Source: Crocinitomicaceae bacterium (GTDB lineage Bacteria > Bacteroidota > Bacteroidia > Flavobacteriales_D > Crocinitomicaceae). Taken from it: DNA of 64,000 nt. The notes under the pieces were generated by a model that made no database searches, was not told the origin of the DNA, and saw only the letters and a list, made by a program, of their open reading frames with translations. Both the position numbers and the translations under genes were made by a program. The stretch covers positions 10,048-74,047 of the forward strand of contig JAQWKT010000013.1 of the NCBI GenBank assembly GCA_029247685.1, given 5' to 3'. Numbering within the stretch: position 1 is the stretch's first letter; each line of letters begins with the position of its first letter. Below, in pieces: positions 1 through 10,305 of the stretch.

Positions 1-2
1 GG

Positions 3-1262
3 ATTTTGGTACAGGTTCAAATAAAAAATCTAAAAAGAACCTTATCTATTGATATTCCTGCAAATGGGACTCAACAAACCAAATTAAATTATAAAGAAGA
101 GGGGCCAGGGTATAGAAATGGAAAAATAACCATTTCAGACAATCAGCTTTTTTGGGATGATGAGTATTTTTTTTCCTATCAAATAAAAGAGAAAACAAAA
201 ATTTTAATTATTAATTCGGAAGACAAATCAGAAGCAATTTCTAAAATATATAATCTTGAATCTCTTTTTGGGGTGGATGAAGTTGCACAAGAATCTTTTT
301 CGCAAGACATGTTGCATCAAACCGACTTTGTTGTTTTAAACGGGCTTAATAAGATTTCCTCAGCAACGGTATCAATTTTGGAAGACTTTGTTAATAATGG
401 AGGAAGCCTAAGTATTTTTCCGGGAAGCAAAATAAACCCTAAAGAGCTTAACTTGCTCTTAAAGAAAGTAGAAATGCCATTGCTTGCAAACGTGATTGAA
501 AGTGGAACAAAAATTAAAGAAATAGCATATAAATCGCCCTTTTTTAAGGGGGTTTTTGATAGAGAAGAAAAAAACATTATCCTTCCAGGAATAACAAAGG
601 TTTATCAAACAAAACCTTATGAAAAAACTCGTTCTCAAAATATTGTAAGTCTTCAAAATGGCTTGCCATTATTTTGTGTTTCCTCTTCCCAAAGGCAAGT
701 ATTTTTATTTACTAGTTCACTAAGTAATGATTTTGGGTCTTTTACTTTAGATGCATTATTTCCTTCTATTTTACTTCGAATGGGAGAATTAAGTCAAAAA
801 AAACAACCTTTATTTTTAACGATTGGAAAACAAAAAAGTTATTCTTTAAATAAGGCATTAAAAAATTATTCAGCAATTCATTTGATCAAAGGCAAAACCG
901 ACTTAATTCCTAAAACGAGCAGGTCTCAAAAAGGACTTTCAAGTAGAATTGTTTTAGGTGGAGAGCAAACCCAAAAACTCACCGCAGGAATTTATAAAAT
1001 AACCAATCAAAATAAAGAAATAGGTCAACTTGCTCTTAATTATGATAGAAAAGAGTCCCAAACCAAATATGCCACAAAAAACCAAATAACATCTTATTAT
1101 CGTCAAAACAAATTAAACATGGTGGCCTATAAAAAACACCAACAAGGAAAGTCTTTACTTGATACAAAAACAGAAAAAGAATTGTGGAAAATTTTACTTG
1201 TGCTTTCTTTTTCTTTTTTCTTTTTAGAAATTTTGGCGCTAAAATTTTCAAGAGTTTCATGA
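3..1262 (+). CDS. Membrane-anchored protein, C-terminal part (BatA-domain/glutamine-amidotransferase-like family); 5' end lies outside the window
   Basis: Frame is open from the left edge; DD-x-YF motif, LVNNGGSL GATase-like segment, ALNYDRKES and C-terminal ELWK..L..LE TM helix typical of Bacteroidota BatA-domain proteins. Confidence 0.65.
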   Translation: MLVQVQIKNLKRTLSIDIPANGTQQTKLNYKEEGPGYRNGKITISDNQLFWDDEYFFSYQIKEKTKILIINSEDKSEAISKIYNLESLFGVDEVAQESFSQDMLHQTDFVVLNGLNKISSATVSILEDFVNNGGSLSIFPGSKINPKELNLLLKKVEMPLLANVIESGTKIKEIAYKSPFFKGVFDREEKNIILPGITKVYQTKPYEKTRSQNIVSLQNGLPLFCVSSSQRQVFLFTSSLSNDFGSFTLDALFPSILLRMGELSQKKQPLFLTIGKQKSYSLNKALKNYSAIHLIKGKTDLIPKTSRSQKGLSSRIVLGGEQTQKLTAGIYKITNQNKEIGQLALNYDRKESQTKYATKNQITSYYRQNKLNMVAYKKHQQGKSLLDTKTEKELWKILLVLSFSFFFLEILALKFSRVS

Positions 1263-1280
1263 TTTTTCAAACATTAAGTG

Positions 1281-1288
1281 TACTTTTG
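1281..1288 (+). promoter_or_regulatory. Bacteroidota -7 promoter element TACTTTTG
   Basis: Matches TAnnTTTG, 47 nt upstream of the 1336 ATG. Confidence 0.5.
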
Positions 1289-1335
1289 TGCTTTAAGGAA
1301 TAAAAAATTATTTTATATCTTAAAAAATAAGGACG

Positions 1336-2598
1336 ATGAATATTTTATTGAAATCGGTTACCATCTCAGATCCTTCCTCAACACATTTTAATTCTGTAAA
1401 AGATGTTTTTATTAAAAACGGAAAGATTGCCGGCATTGAAAAAAAACTTAACTTAAAAGGAGAGCAATATCGAGTAATTGAAGGAAAAGGAAAAAGCATT
1501 AGTCAAGGTTGGGTTGACCTTAAATCTGATTTTTGCGACCCTGGAAATGAACATAGAGAAACAATAGAAAGTGGGTTAAAAGTTTCTGCATATGGTGGAT
1601 ATACACACGTTTGCCTAGTCCCATCTACAAATCCTTTTGTAGACGGAAAAACGGCTATAGAGTATGCTTTAAGAAAGGCAGAGGGCGCTCTAACCCAGCT
1701 TCACCCTATAGGAAGCATTACAAAATCAGGAAAAGGCCAGGAGTTATCAGAAATGTTCGACATGCATTTATCTGGAGCAACTCTTTTTTCCGATGACCTA
1801 AAAGAGCTTTCTACAGGAATGTTAGGGAGAGCTCTCTTGTATAATAAAAACACCAAAGGAACGGTAATTTCTTTCCCTCAAAATTATTCTTTAAGCAACA
1901 AGACAATGGTTAATGAGGGTTTAGCTTCTATTAAAACAGGCCTAAAAGGAAACCCGTCTCTTTCTGAAGAAGTTGAAATTCAAAAAAACATTAGTATACT
2001 TAAATATACACAAGGAAGTCTTCATTTTACAGGAGTCTCAACTAAAAAAGGAGTAGAGTTAATTAAAACAGCAAAAAAATCCGGACAAAAAGTAACGGCC
2101 TCTGTTAACCTAATGAATCTTTTATTTACAGAAAAAGAGGTGTTTAATTTTGATAGCAACTTTAAACTGGCGCCTCCTTTAAGAACTAAAAAAGATCAAG
2201 AAGCGTTAATAAAAGGGCTTATTGAGGGAACTATTGACGCAATAGATTCGGATCACCGGCCCTATGATGAAGATAAGAAGGATGTTGATTTTTTCTCTGC
2301 ATCTTCAGGATGTATTCAACTCCAAACGCTTTATGCTGCCCTTAATACTTTTCACCCAACAAAAGAAGCGTCATTTATTAAAGCCTTATCCATAAACTCT
2401 CGACTAATTTCTCAAATCAAAGAGAGCCCCATAGAAGTTGGAAATCAAATAGACGCCACTCTTTATGACCCTTCTAAAGAATGGATTTTTGATAAGCATA
2501 TAAATCATTCTAAATCGTTTAACTCTCCGTTTTTAAATCAAAAGTTAAAAGGAAAAGTTTGTGCAGTTTTTATGGAAAAAAAAGCATTAGAGTTTTAA
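1336..2598 (+). CDS. pyrC: Dihydroorotase-like amidohydrolase (probably degenerate active site)
   Basis: 420 aa; GGYTHVCLVPST, FSDD, KLAPPLRT, AIDSDHRP, SKSFNSPF motifs of class I DHOase; HxH metal motif replaced by DLKSDF. Confidence 0.8.
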   Translation: MNILLKSVTISDPSSTHFNSVKDVFIKNGKIAGIEKKLNLKGEQYRVIEGKGKSISQGWVDLKSDFCDPGNEHRETIESGLKVSAYGGYTHVCLVPSTNPFVDGKTAIEYALRKAEGALTQLHPIGSITKSGKGQELSEMFDMHLSGATLFSDDLKELSTGMLGRALLYNKNTKGTVISFPQNYSLSNKTMVNEGLASIKTGLKGNPSLSEEVEIQKNISILKYTQGSLHFTGVSTKKGVELIKTAKKSGQKVTASVNLMNLLFTEKEVFNFDSNFKLAPPLRTKKDQEALIKGLIEGTIDAIDSDHRPYDEDKKDVDFFSASSGCIQLQTLYAALNTFHPTKEASFIKALSINSRLISQIKESPIEVGNQIDATLYDPSKEWIFDKHINHSKSFNSPFLNQKLKGKVCAVFMEKKALEF

Positions 2599-2599
2599 A

Positions 2600-3424
2600 C
2601 TAAAAAGAAACAGATTTAGCATTAATAGAAGAATTCATTATTTTTCCAGCCACCTGATTAAAAACGGTTTCTTTTTCAGAGGTCATAAATAAGGTGGTAG
2701 AATTTTTAGAACAAGCCTCATCAATTTCAGGGTGTTTATTAAGGTATTCAACTAGCTTTTTAGCAACAATAGGTCCTTGAGACATAACAGCGATGCTTTT
2801 AGGTAGAAAACTTCTTAAAATAGGGTATAAAATAGGGTAGTGTGTACAGGCAAGAACAAGCGTATCAATCTTGGGGGACTTTTGAAGTAAAATAGAGAGG
2901 TCGTTTTTTATTATTTCTTTTCCCGAATTACTTTCTTGCTTTTCATTTTCAATTAATGGAACCCATAAAGGACATGCATGTTGGACATAGTTTACTTTTG
3001 GTGCATATTTTTCAATTTCGAGCCCATAAGAATTAGAGGATACTGTTCCCAAGGTTCCTATGATTCCAACAGAATTAATTTCTTTGTTTTCTGCTATTTC
3101 CTCTATACAAGGACGAATAACCCCTAAGACTCTTTTATTGGGGCTTAGTTTTTCAAGATCTTTTTGTTGAATTGATCTTAGTGCTTTTGCAGAAGAGGTG
3201 TTACAAGCAACAATTACTAGAGAACAGCCTTGATTAAAAAGAAATTTAACGGCATCAAGGGTATATTGATAAACCAGTTCAAAAGAACGATCTCCATATG
3301 GAGCCCTTGCATTATCTCCAAGGTAGAGGTAATCATAATCTGGAAGGGACTTCTTAATACTCTTAAGTATAGTTAACCCCCCATACCCCGAGTCAAAAAC
3401 ACCTATTGGATTTGACTTATGCAT
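2600..3424 (-). CDS. murI: Glutamate racemase
   Basis: [23 protein letters not shown] motifs. Confidence 0.97.
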   Translation of the reverse strand: MHKSNPIGVFDSGYGGLTILKSIKKSLPDYDYLYLGDNARAPYGDRSFELVYQYTLDAVKFLFNQGCSLVIVACNTSSAKALRSIQQKDLEKLSPNKRVLGVIRPCIEEIAENKEINSVGIIGTLGTVSSNSYGLEIEKYAPKVNYVQHACPLWVPLIENEKQESNSGKEIIKNDLSILLQKSPKIDTLVLACTHYPILYPILRSFLPKSIAVMSQGPIVAKKLVEYLNKHPEIDEACSKNSTTLFMTSEKETVFNQVAGKIMNSSINAKSVSF

Positions 3425-4361
3425 TTTTTAAAAAATTAATAACATTATCCTCTATTCTTCTTGGAATATTAGAGGAAACCTCTCGGACAAAAGTTTCTCC
3501 TGTAATTTTTTCGTATAATTCTATGTACCTATTGCTAACTAAAGAAACAAACTCTTCTGGCATTTCTGGCATTTTTTGATTTTCTTTTCCTTGAAAACCA
3601 TTATCCATGAGCCATTCCCTAACAAATTCTTTGGATAGTTGTTTTTGTGCAATATTTTCCTTTTGTCTGTCTTTATATCCCTCGAGATAAAAATATCTTG
3701 AAGAGTCAGGGGTATGAATTTCATCTATTAACATAACCTCTCCATTATATAATCCAAACTCATATTTGGTGTCCACAAGAATCAATCCCTTTTCTTTTGC
3801 TTTTGCAGATCCATGAGAAAATAAAAGCTTAGTATATTCTTCCATTTTTAAATAAACCTCTTCAGTTACAAGCTTATTTGAGAGGATTTCTTCTTTGGAG
3901 ATGTCTTCATCATGTCCTTCATCTGCTTTCGATGCGGGAGTAATTATGGGCTCTGGAAAGGCATCATTTTCTTTTAAACCATCCGGCATTTTTACTCCAC
4001 AAAGCATTCTTTTTCCAAGCTTGTATTCTCTTGCTGCGTGACCAGCTAAATAACCACGAATAACCATTTCAATTTTTATGGGTTCACAGGCTTTACCGAT
4101 AGAAACTACTGGATCAGGAGTTGAAATAAGCCAGTTTGGAACAAGAGAAGCTGTTTCTTTTAAAAAGTAAGAAGCAATTTGATTTAATACCTGCCCTTTG
4201 AAAGGGATTCCCTTGGGTAAAACGTGATCAAATGCAGATATTCGATCTGAAGCAACCATTACAAGAGTGTTGTTTTTTAATGTATATACATCACGAACCT
4301 TTCCATGATAAACACTGGTTTGGTTAGGGAAACTAAAGATGGATTTTTTTAATGTATTCAT
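3417..4361 (-). CDS. purC: Phosphoribosylaminoimidazolesuccinocarboxamide (SAICAR) synthase
   Basis: [35 protein letters not shown] at 4361 chosen so it does not overlap phoH. Confidence 0.96.
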   Translation of the reverse strand: MNTLKKSIFSFPNQTSVYHGKVRDVYTLKNNTLVMVASDRISAFDHVLPKGIPFKGQVLNQIASYFLKETASLVPNWLISTPDPVVSIGKACEPIKIEMVIRGYLAGHAAREYKLGKRMLCGVKMPDGLKENDAFPEPIITPASKADEGHDEDISKEEILSNKLVTEEVYLKMEEYTKLLFSHGSAKAKEKGLILVDTKYEFGLYNGEVMLIDEIHTPDSSRYFYLEGYKDRQKENIAQKQLSKEFVREWLMDNGFQGKENQKMPEMPEEFVSLVSNRYIELYEKITGETFVREVSSNIPRRIEDNVINFLKNA

Positions 4362-4368
4362 AGAAATT

Positions 4369-5313
4369 TTAAGTGTTTTCTGTTTTTTCAAAAGCAGTAA
4401 TTATTTTTTTAACAAGTCGGTGTCTTATTACATCGGTTTCGTTAAAATGAACGGCTTGAATACCCGCTACATTTTTTAAACTATCTAAAGCAAATGCAAG
4501 ACCAGAGCTTTGTTTTTTAGGCAAATCTACTTGAGAAAGATCTCCATTTACCATAAATTTAGCGGTTTTGCCCATTCTTGTTAAAAACATTTTCATTTGC
4601 ATTTTAGTGGTATTTTGAGCCTCATCAAGAATAACAAAAGCTTTGTCTAAGGTTCTCCCTCTCATAAAAGCTAAAGGGGCAATTTCAATGATCTCTTCAT
4701 CGACTAGTTCTTTTAGTTTTTCAAGTGGAATCATTTCTTTTAATGCATCATATAAAGGCATCAGATAAGGGTCTAGTTTTTCTTTTAAATCTCCAGGTAA
4801 AAAACCTAAGTTTTCTCCCGCTTCTACGGCAGGCCGAGTTAGAATTATTTTTTTAACTTCTTTTTGTTTAAGAGCACTAACAGCAAGAGCTACAGCAGTA
4901 AACGTTTTCCCTGTTCCTGCTGGGCCAACAGCAAAAACAAGGGCATTTTCTTTTACAGCAACCACAAGCTTTTTTTGGTTGATTGTTTTTGCCGCAATTT
5001 TTGCTCCAGAGTTACCATAAACAATAACGTTGTCCTTTATTTTTTTGGAAACTAATAAATGCCCATCTTCATGCATTAAATTATCAATTTCATCAAAGTT
5101 GATAGAATTATATGTTTGAAAATAATCCAACATTAAAGCCAGCTTTTTTTCAAAAAACAAGAGCGCTTTTTCTTCTCCTTTAATCGATATTGTGGACCCT
5201 CTTGAAGAAACCTTAAGAGATGGAAAAAGTTCTTTTATGTAATTGATGTTTTTGTTTTTTTCACCAAAAAAAGAAGCCGGGTTTATATTAGGAAGCTCAA
5301 TGTTTTTATTCAT
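4369..5313 (-). CDS. phoH: PhoH family ATPase
   Basis: [34 protein letters not shown]. Confidence 0.95.
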   Translation of the reverse strand: MNKNIELPNINPASFFGEKNKNINYIKELFPSLKVSSRGSTISIKGEEKALLFFEKKLALMLDYFQTYNSINFDEIDNLMHEDGHLLVSKKIKDNVIVYGNSGAKIAAKTINQKKLVVAVKENALVFAVGPAGTGKTFTAVALAVSALKQKEVKKIILTRPAVEAGENLGFLPGDLKEKLDPYLMPLYDALKEMIPLEKLKELVDEEIIEIAPLAFMRGRTLDKAFVILDEAQNTTKMQMKMFLTRMGKTAKFMVNGDLSQVDLPKKQSSGLAFALDSLKNVAGIQAVHFNETDVIRHRLVKKIITAFEKTENT

Positions 5314-5362
5314 TATAAATGTTTTATTCTGTTTTTTTTAAACTTCCTTTTTAAAATTACTT

Positions 5363-5383
5363 TACTTTTGATGAGCAAAATTA
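5363..5383. promoter_or_regulatory. Divergent -7 promoter elements: TACTTTTG (+, 5363-5370) and TAATTTTG (-, 5376-5383)
   Basis: Two TAnnTTTG matches in the 100-nt gap between phoH and the SAM hydrolase-like gene. Confidence 0.5.
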
Positions 5384-5413
5384 TAAAATCTTAATATAAC
5401 GCAGCTTAGGAAA

Positions 5414-6274
5414 ATGAATATTCTGACTTTAACCACAGATTCTGGAGAAAAAGATCATTATGTTGCGTCTCTTAAGGGGTTTGTTTTATCAAACGTTAAC
5501 AATATAAGCATTGTAGACATATCTCATCAGATTTCCCCATTTAATGTATCTGAAGCAGCGAGACAAGTTAGAAACTGTATAGACTCTTTTCCTTCTGAAA
5601 CCATTCATGTTGTGGGGGTAGATGATGAGCCTAAGATTGCTCCAACAGAAGATGATAGCGCCCTCCCGGCAATTATGAAGTTTAGAAACCAGTATTTTAT
5701 TAGTATTGATAATGGTTTTTTTGGATCCTTGCTTGAGGAAGAATCTCCACAAGAGTTTTACATATTGCCTGACTTTGTTAAAGCGGAAGAAGTTTCCTCC
5801 TTTTCTATGAAGACTGTTTTATTGCCAATAGCCATCAAATTAATAAAAGCAAAAAGCATTAAAAGTTTTGCCAAGCCAATAAAAAGATATAAAAAAGCCT
5901 TTTCAGAAAGTGTTTTTATGGGGGAAAATGGAATGGTAGGCCAAGTTATTCATATTGATGTTTATGGAAATTTGATAACCAATATTACCAAAGAGATGTT
6001 TGATAGATATACGGAGTTTGATAAGTTCACGTTGTTTTTTAATGCAAAACAATACCATATAGAGAGTTTCTCAGCAAGTTACAACACTGTTCCACCAGGG
6101 GAAAAGCTAGCTCTTTTTAATAGCAATGGTTATCTAGAAATAGCAATTAATAGAGCGGCAGCAAAACTTCAAGGGGGCGCAGAACAATTGTTTGGAGCTA
6201 AACTACGTGATAAAATTAGAATTGAGTTTTCTTCTAGGGGTTCTCATGAAACAATAGATTCACTTTTTGACTAA
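5414..6274 (+). CDS. SAM hydroxide adenosyltransferase / chlorinase-fluorinase (DUF62) family protein
   Basis: LTLTTD.G..D.YV, VDISH.I.PF, DNG, HID.YGNLITNI, LFNSNGYLEIAIN. Confidence 0.9.
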   Translation: MNILTLTTDSGEKDHYVASLKGFVLSNVNNISIVDISHQISPFNVSEAARQVRNCIDSFPSETIHVVGVDDEPKIAPTEDDSALPAIMKFRNQYFISIDNGFFGSLLEEESPQEFYILPDFVKAEEVSSFSMKTVLLPIAIKLIKAKSIKSFAKPIKRYKKAFSESVFMGENGMVGQVIHIDVYGNLITNITKEMFDRYTEFDKFTLFFNAKQYHIESFSASYNTVPPGEKLALFNSNGYLEIAINRAAAKLQGGAEQLFGAKLRDKIRIEFSSRGSHETIDSLFD

Positions 6275-6287
6275 ATCAGTCCTTAAT

Positions 6288-7544
6288 TTATAAATTAAAA
6301 GCTGTTTTTACTTTCTCTACAAAGTCCAACTTTTCCCAAGTAAAAAGCTCTACTTCTTTCGTTATTTTTGATCCATCTGGCGCGAGAAATGTTTTATTAA
6401 CGATTTCATTTTTTCTACCCATGTGTCCATAGGCGGCAGTTTCTTTATAAATAGGGTTTCTAAGTTTTAACCTTTCTTCTATAAAATATGGTCGCATATC
6501 GAAAATTTCAGAAACTTTTTGAGCAATAGATCCATCTTTCATGTCAATTTTGGAAGTGCCGTACGTGTTTACAAAAAGACCACAAGGCTCAGCAACCCCA
6601 ATAGCATAGGAAACTTGTACTAAAACCTCATCGCATAGTCCAGCAGCAACAAGATTTTTTGCAATATGTCTAGTTGCATATGCCCCAGAACGATCCACCT
6701 TTGAAGGGTCTTTTCCAGAAAAGGCACCACCACCATGAGCTCCTTTACCTCCGTATGTATCAACTATTATTTTTCTTCCTGTAAGCCCAGTGTCTCCATG
6801 AGGACCACCAATTACAAATTTACCAGTTGGATTAATATGGTATGTGATATCGTTTGTAAATAAACGTTGTATCTCTGGGCTTAATTTGTTCTTAACCCTT
6901 GGAATAACAAGATTTATAATGTCTTTTTTTATCTTCTGAAGCATTTCAGGTTCCGAGGCAAAGTCATCATGTTGTGTAGAAACAACAATAGTGTCTATTC
7001 TAAGTGGTTTGTTTTCATCAGAATATTCTATTGTAACTTGTGATTTAGCATCTGGCCTTAAATACGAGATTAATTTACTTTCATGTTTTCTAATTAAAGC
7101 AAGTTCCTCTAAGATTTTATGCGAAAGATCAAGAGCTAGAGGCATGTAATTTTCGGTCTCTTTTGTGGCATAACCAAACATCATCCCTTGGTCACCAGCA
7201 CCCTGTTCTTCTTTTTTAGCCCTATCTACTCCTTGATTAATATCTGCAGATTGTTCATGAAGCGCAGATAAAACACCACAAGAATTGGCATCGAACATGT
7301 ACTCAGATTTCGTGTAACCAATTTCTCTAATTGTTTGTCTTGTGATATTTTGTACATCAAGATAAACTTTTGATTTAACTTCCCCAGCGACAACAACCTG
7401 TCCTGTCGTTACGAGGGTTTCACAAGCAACTTTTGAATCTGGATCAAAAGCCATGAAATGGTCTATTAAAGAGTCAGATATTTGGTCAGAAACTTTATCC
7501 GGGTGCCCTTCTGAAACAGATTCAGATGTAAAAAGATAAGACAT
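6288..7544 (-). CDS. metK: S-adenosylmethionine synthetase
   Basis: [35 protein letters not shown]. Confidence 0.98.
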   Translation of the reverse strand: MSYLFTSESVSEGHPDKVSDQISDSLIDHFMAFDPDSKVACETLVTTGQVVVAGEVKSKVYLDVQNITRQTIREIGYTKSEYMFDANSCGVLSALHEQSADINQGVDRAKKEEQGAGDQGMMFGYATKETENYMPLALDLSHKILEELALIRKHESKLISYLRPDAKSQVTIEYSDENKPLRIDTIVVSTQHDDFASEPEMLQKIKKDIINLVIPRVKNKLSPEIQRLFTNDITYHINPTGKFVIGGPHGDTGLTGRKIIVDTYGGKGAHGGGAFSGKDPSKVDRSGAYATRHIAKNLVAAGLCDEVLVQVSYAIGVAEPCGLFVNTYGTSKIDMKDGSIAQKVSEIFDMRPYFIEERLKLRNPIYKETAAYGHMGRKNEIVNKTFLAPDGSKITKEVELFTWEKLDFVEKVKTAFNL

Positions 7545-7565
7545 ATATTATATATAATTAGCTTG

Positions 7566-7573
7566 CAAAAATA
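7566..7573 (-). promoter_or_regulatory. -7 promoter element TATTTTTG for metK
   Basis: TAnnTTTG match 21 nt before the metK ATG, with a TTTG further upstream. Confidence 0.5.
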
Positions 7574-7653
7574 TAAAAAGCCAAAGAAATAATGTCATTT
7601 TATTGTATTTATGTCTTTTTTTATAAGTTGAAAAAATATAAATGGGAATATTT

Positions 7654-7661
7654 TAACTTTG
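7654..7661 (+). promoter_or_regulatory. -7 promoter element TAACTTTG for alaS
   Basis: TAnnTTTG match 22 nt before the alaS ATG. Confidence 0.5.
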
Positions 7662-7683
7662 TTGTTGAAATAAATTAGATAAA

Positions 7684-10305
7684 ATGAAAGTTTCTGAAAT
7701 TAGAGCTACTTTTTTTGACTATTTTAAAGCAAAGGGGCACGAAATACAGCCTTCTGCTCTAATGGTTGTAAAAAATGATCCAACTCTAATGTTTACCAAT
7801 GCGGGGATGAATCAGTTTAAAGATTATTTTCTTGGCAACACGGATCCAAAAAGTAAAAGAATAGCGAATTCTCAAAAATGCTTGAGAGTTTCAGGAAAGC
7901 ACAATGATCTCGAAGAAGTAGGGGTTGATACCTATCATCACACGATGTTTGAAATGTTGGGAAATTGGTCTTTTGGCGATTACTTTAAAAAAGAAGCGAT
8001 TGATTGGGCTTGGGAGTTATTAACAGAGGTTTATAAACTAGATAAGTCACGTCTTTATGTAACGGTATTTGAAGGAGATAAAATAGATGGAACCAAAGAA
8101 GACATGGAGGCAATTTCTTTTTGGTCAAAACATATCAACAGCGAAGAAATTATAAAATGTTCCAAAAAAGATAATTTTTGGGAAATGGGGGATGTTGGTC
8201 CATGTGGACCATGTTCGGAAATCCACATGGATATTCGTTCAGATTACGAAAGATCAAAGGTTAAAGGAAGAGATTTAGTAAATAAAGACCACCCTCAAGT
8301 TATAGAAATATGGAATTTGGTTTTTATGGAATACCTTAGAAAGGCCGATCGTAGTTTAGTGCCTCTTCCTCAAAAACATGTGGATACCGGCATGGGATTA
8401 GAAAGACTTGCTGTTGCTCTTCAGGGAAAAAAATCGAACTACGATATTGATTTGTTTCAATCTTTGATAAAAAAAACAGAAGAGTTATCCAAAATTAAAT
8501 ATGGTGCAAATCCAAAAACGGATATAGCGCTAAGAATTGTTTCGGATCATGTTCGAGCAATAAGTTTTTCTATTGCTGATGGACAACTTCCTTCTAATAC
8601 AGGAGCGGGGTACGTAATTAGAAGGATTTTAAGAAGAGCGGTTCGTTATGGGTATCAGGTTTTAGAAATTAAAGAACCTTTTATGTTTGATATAGCGATA
8701 ACATTGGTGGAACAAATGGGGGAAGCTTATCCGGAATTAACCAATCAAAAGAGCTTAATAGAAAAAGTAATAAAAGAAGAAGAAAAAAGTTTTTTTAGAA
8801 CCCTTGAACAAGGGATAAAAAAAATTAATTTAACAATTAACTCTCATAAAGAAAAAAAACAAGAAAAGATGTCGTCCTTACATGTTTTTGAACTTTATGA
8901 TACTTATGGATTCCCAATAGATTTAACCTCATTAATAGCAAAAGAGAATAATATCGAAATTGACATTGAGGGTTTTCAAAAATTATTGGAAGAGCAAAAG
9001 CAAAGGTCTCGAAAAGCATCAGAAATAGACACGAGTGATTGGATAGCCATTTGTGATCAAAAAGCGACTCAATTTGTAGGGTATGACACCTCTAGTACAG
9101 AAACAAAAATATTAAGGTACAGGAAGGTAAATACACCAAAAAAGGATTATTTTCAATTGGTTCTAGATAAAACGCCTTTTTATCCAGAAGGAGGAGGTCA
9201 GGTTGGAGATACAGGATTTTTTGAAATAGAAAATGAAAAAATAAAAATATTTAATACCAAAAAGGAAAACGAGTTGATATTACATTATGCGAGTTCTCTT
9301 CCAAAAAACCTTTCCAAAAAAGGAATAGCTATTGTTGATGAAAAAAGGCGAAAAAAAATATCAGCAAATCATTCTGCAACACACTTACTTCATCATGCAT
9401 TAAGAAAGGTTCTTGGAGAACATGTTGAACAAAAAGGCTCATTGGTTAATGAGAGATATTTAAGGTTTGATTTTTCTCATTTTTCAAAAATGAAAGAAGA
9501 GGAGCTTCAACAAGTTCAGGAGCTTGTTTTGGAACAAATAAACAATGGCGTACCCTTAACAGAACATCGTGAAATACCATTAAATGAGGCAAAAAAAATG
9601 GGGGCAATGGCATTGTTTGGAGAAAAATATGGAGAAAAAGTAAGGGCTATACAATTTGGAAATTCAATTGAGTTGTGTGGTGGGATTCATGTTTCTTCTA
9701 CATCAAGCATAGGAATGTTTACTATTTTATCAGAAGGAGCAGTAGCAGCTGGTGTTAGAAGAATAGAGGCTATTTCAGGAATGGAAGCTGAAAAATATTT
9801 TATAGGTAAAGCTAAAATAGTTGATGAGGTTTGTAAAACACTTAAAACACAAAAAGACATTGTAAAAACCATAGAAACTATTCTTTCAAAAAACCACGAA
9901 CTTCAAAAGCAAATAGAGGAATTAAACAAGGAGAAAATACAATTGTTAAAAAACACATTAACTAAAAAAATAACTCAAATAAATGGCATAAATTTTCTTG
10001 GTGCTCAAGTACATCTGCCAAATTCATCGATTAAAGATTTATTGTTTCAATTAAAAAATCAAAACGATAATTTTTTTGCTGTTATTGGAAATTCAGAGAA
10101 TGAAAAATGTGGAATAAGCATTATAATTTCTGATAACCTAGTAAAAGAAAAGCAGTTAAATGCATCCGATTTAGTAAAAGCAGTTAGTCATTATATTAAT
10201 GGAGGAGGAGGTGGACAATCGTTTTTTGCAACAGCTGGAGGAAGAAAAAAAGAGGGGTTAAAAAAGGCCATTGAGGAAATTAGAAAAACAATACAAGAGA
10301 GTTAA
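7684..10305 (+). CDS. alaS: Alanine--tRNA ligase
   Basis: 873 aa; FTNAGMNQFK, HHTMFEMLGNWSFGDYFK, DTGMGLER, HSATHLLH, ELCGGIH editing motifs. Confidence 0.98.
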   Translation: MKVSEIRATFFDYFKAKGHEIQPSALMVVKNDPTLMFTNAGMNQFKDYFLGNTDPKSKRIANSQKCLRVSGKHNDLEEVGVDTYHHTMFEMLGNWSFGDYFKKEAIDWAWELLTEVYKLDKSRLYVTVFEGDKIDGTKEDMEAISFWSKHINSEEIIKCSKKDNFWEMGDVGPCGPCSEIHMDIRSDYERSKVKGRDLVNKDHPQVIEIWNLVFMEYLRKADRSLVPLPQKHVDTGMGLERLAVALQGKKSNYDIDLFQSLIKKTEELSKIKYGANPKTDIALRIVSDHVRAISFSIADGQLPSNTGAGYVIRRILRRAVRYGYQVLEIKEPFMFDIAITLVEQMGEAYPELTNQKSLIEKVIKEEEKSFFRTLEQGIKKINLTINSHKEKKQEKMSSLHVFELYDTYGFPIDLTSLIAKENNIEIDIEGFQKLLEEQKQRSRKASEIDTSDWIAICDQKATQFVGYDTSSTETKILRYRKVNTPKKDYFQLVLDKTPFYPEGGGQVGDTGFFEIENEKIKIFNTKKENELILHYASSLPKNLSKKGIAIVDEKRRKKISANHSATHLLHHALRKVLGEHVEQKGSLVNERYLRFDFSHFSKMKEEELQQVQELVLEQINNGVPLTEHREIPLNEAKKMGAMALFGEKYGEKVRAIQFGNSIELCGGIHVSSTSSIGMFTILSEGAVAAGVRRIEAISGMEAEKYFIGKAKIVDEVCKTLKTQKDIVKTIETILSKNHELQKQIEELNKEKIQLLKNTLTKKITQINGINFLGAQVHLPNSSIKDLLFQLKNQNDNFFAVIGNSENEKCGISIIISDNLVKEKQLNASDLVKAVSHYINGGGGGQSFFATAGGRKKEGLKKAIEEIRKTIQES

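Noticed and set aside
7545..7683. SAM riboswitch upstream of metK
   Set aside because: The region is very AT-rich, and a promoter element sits about 21 nt before the ATG, leaving no room for an aptamer.
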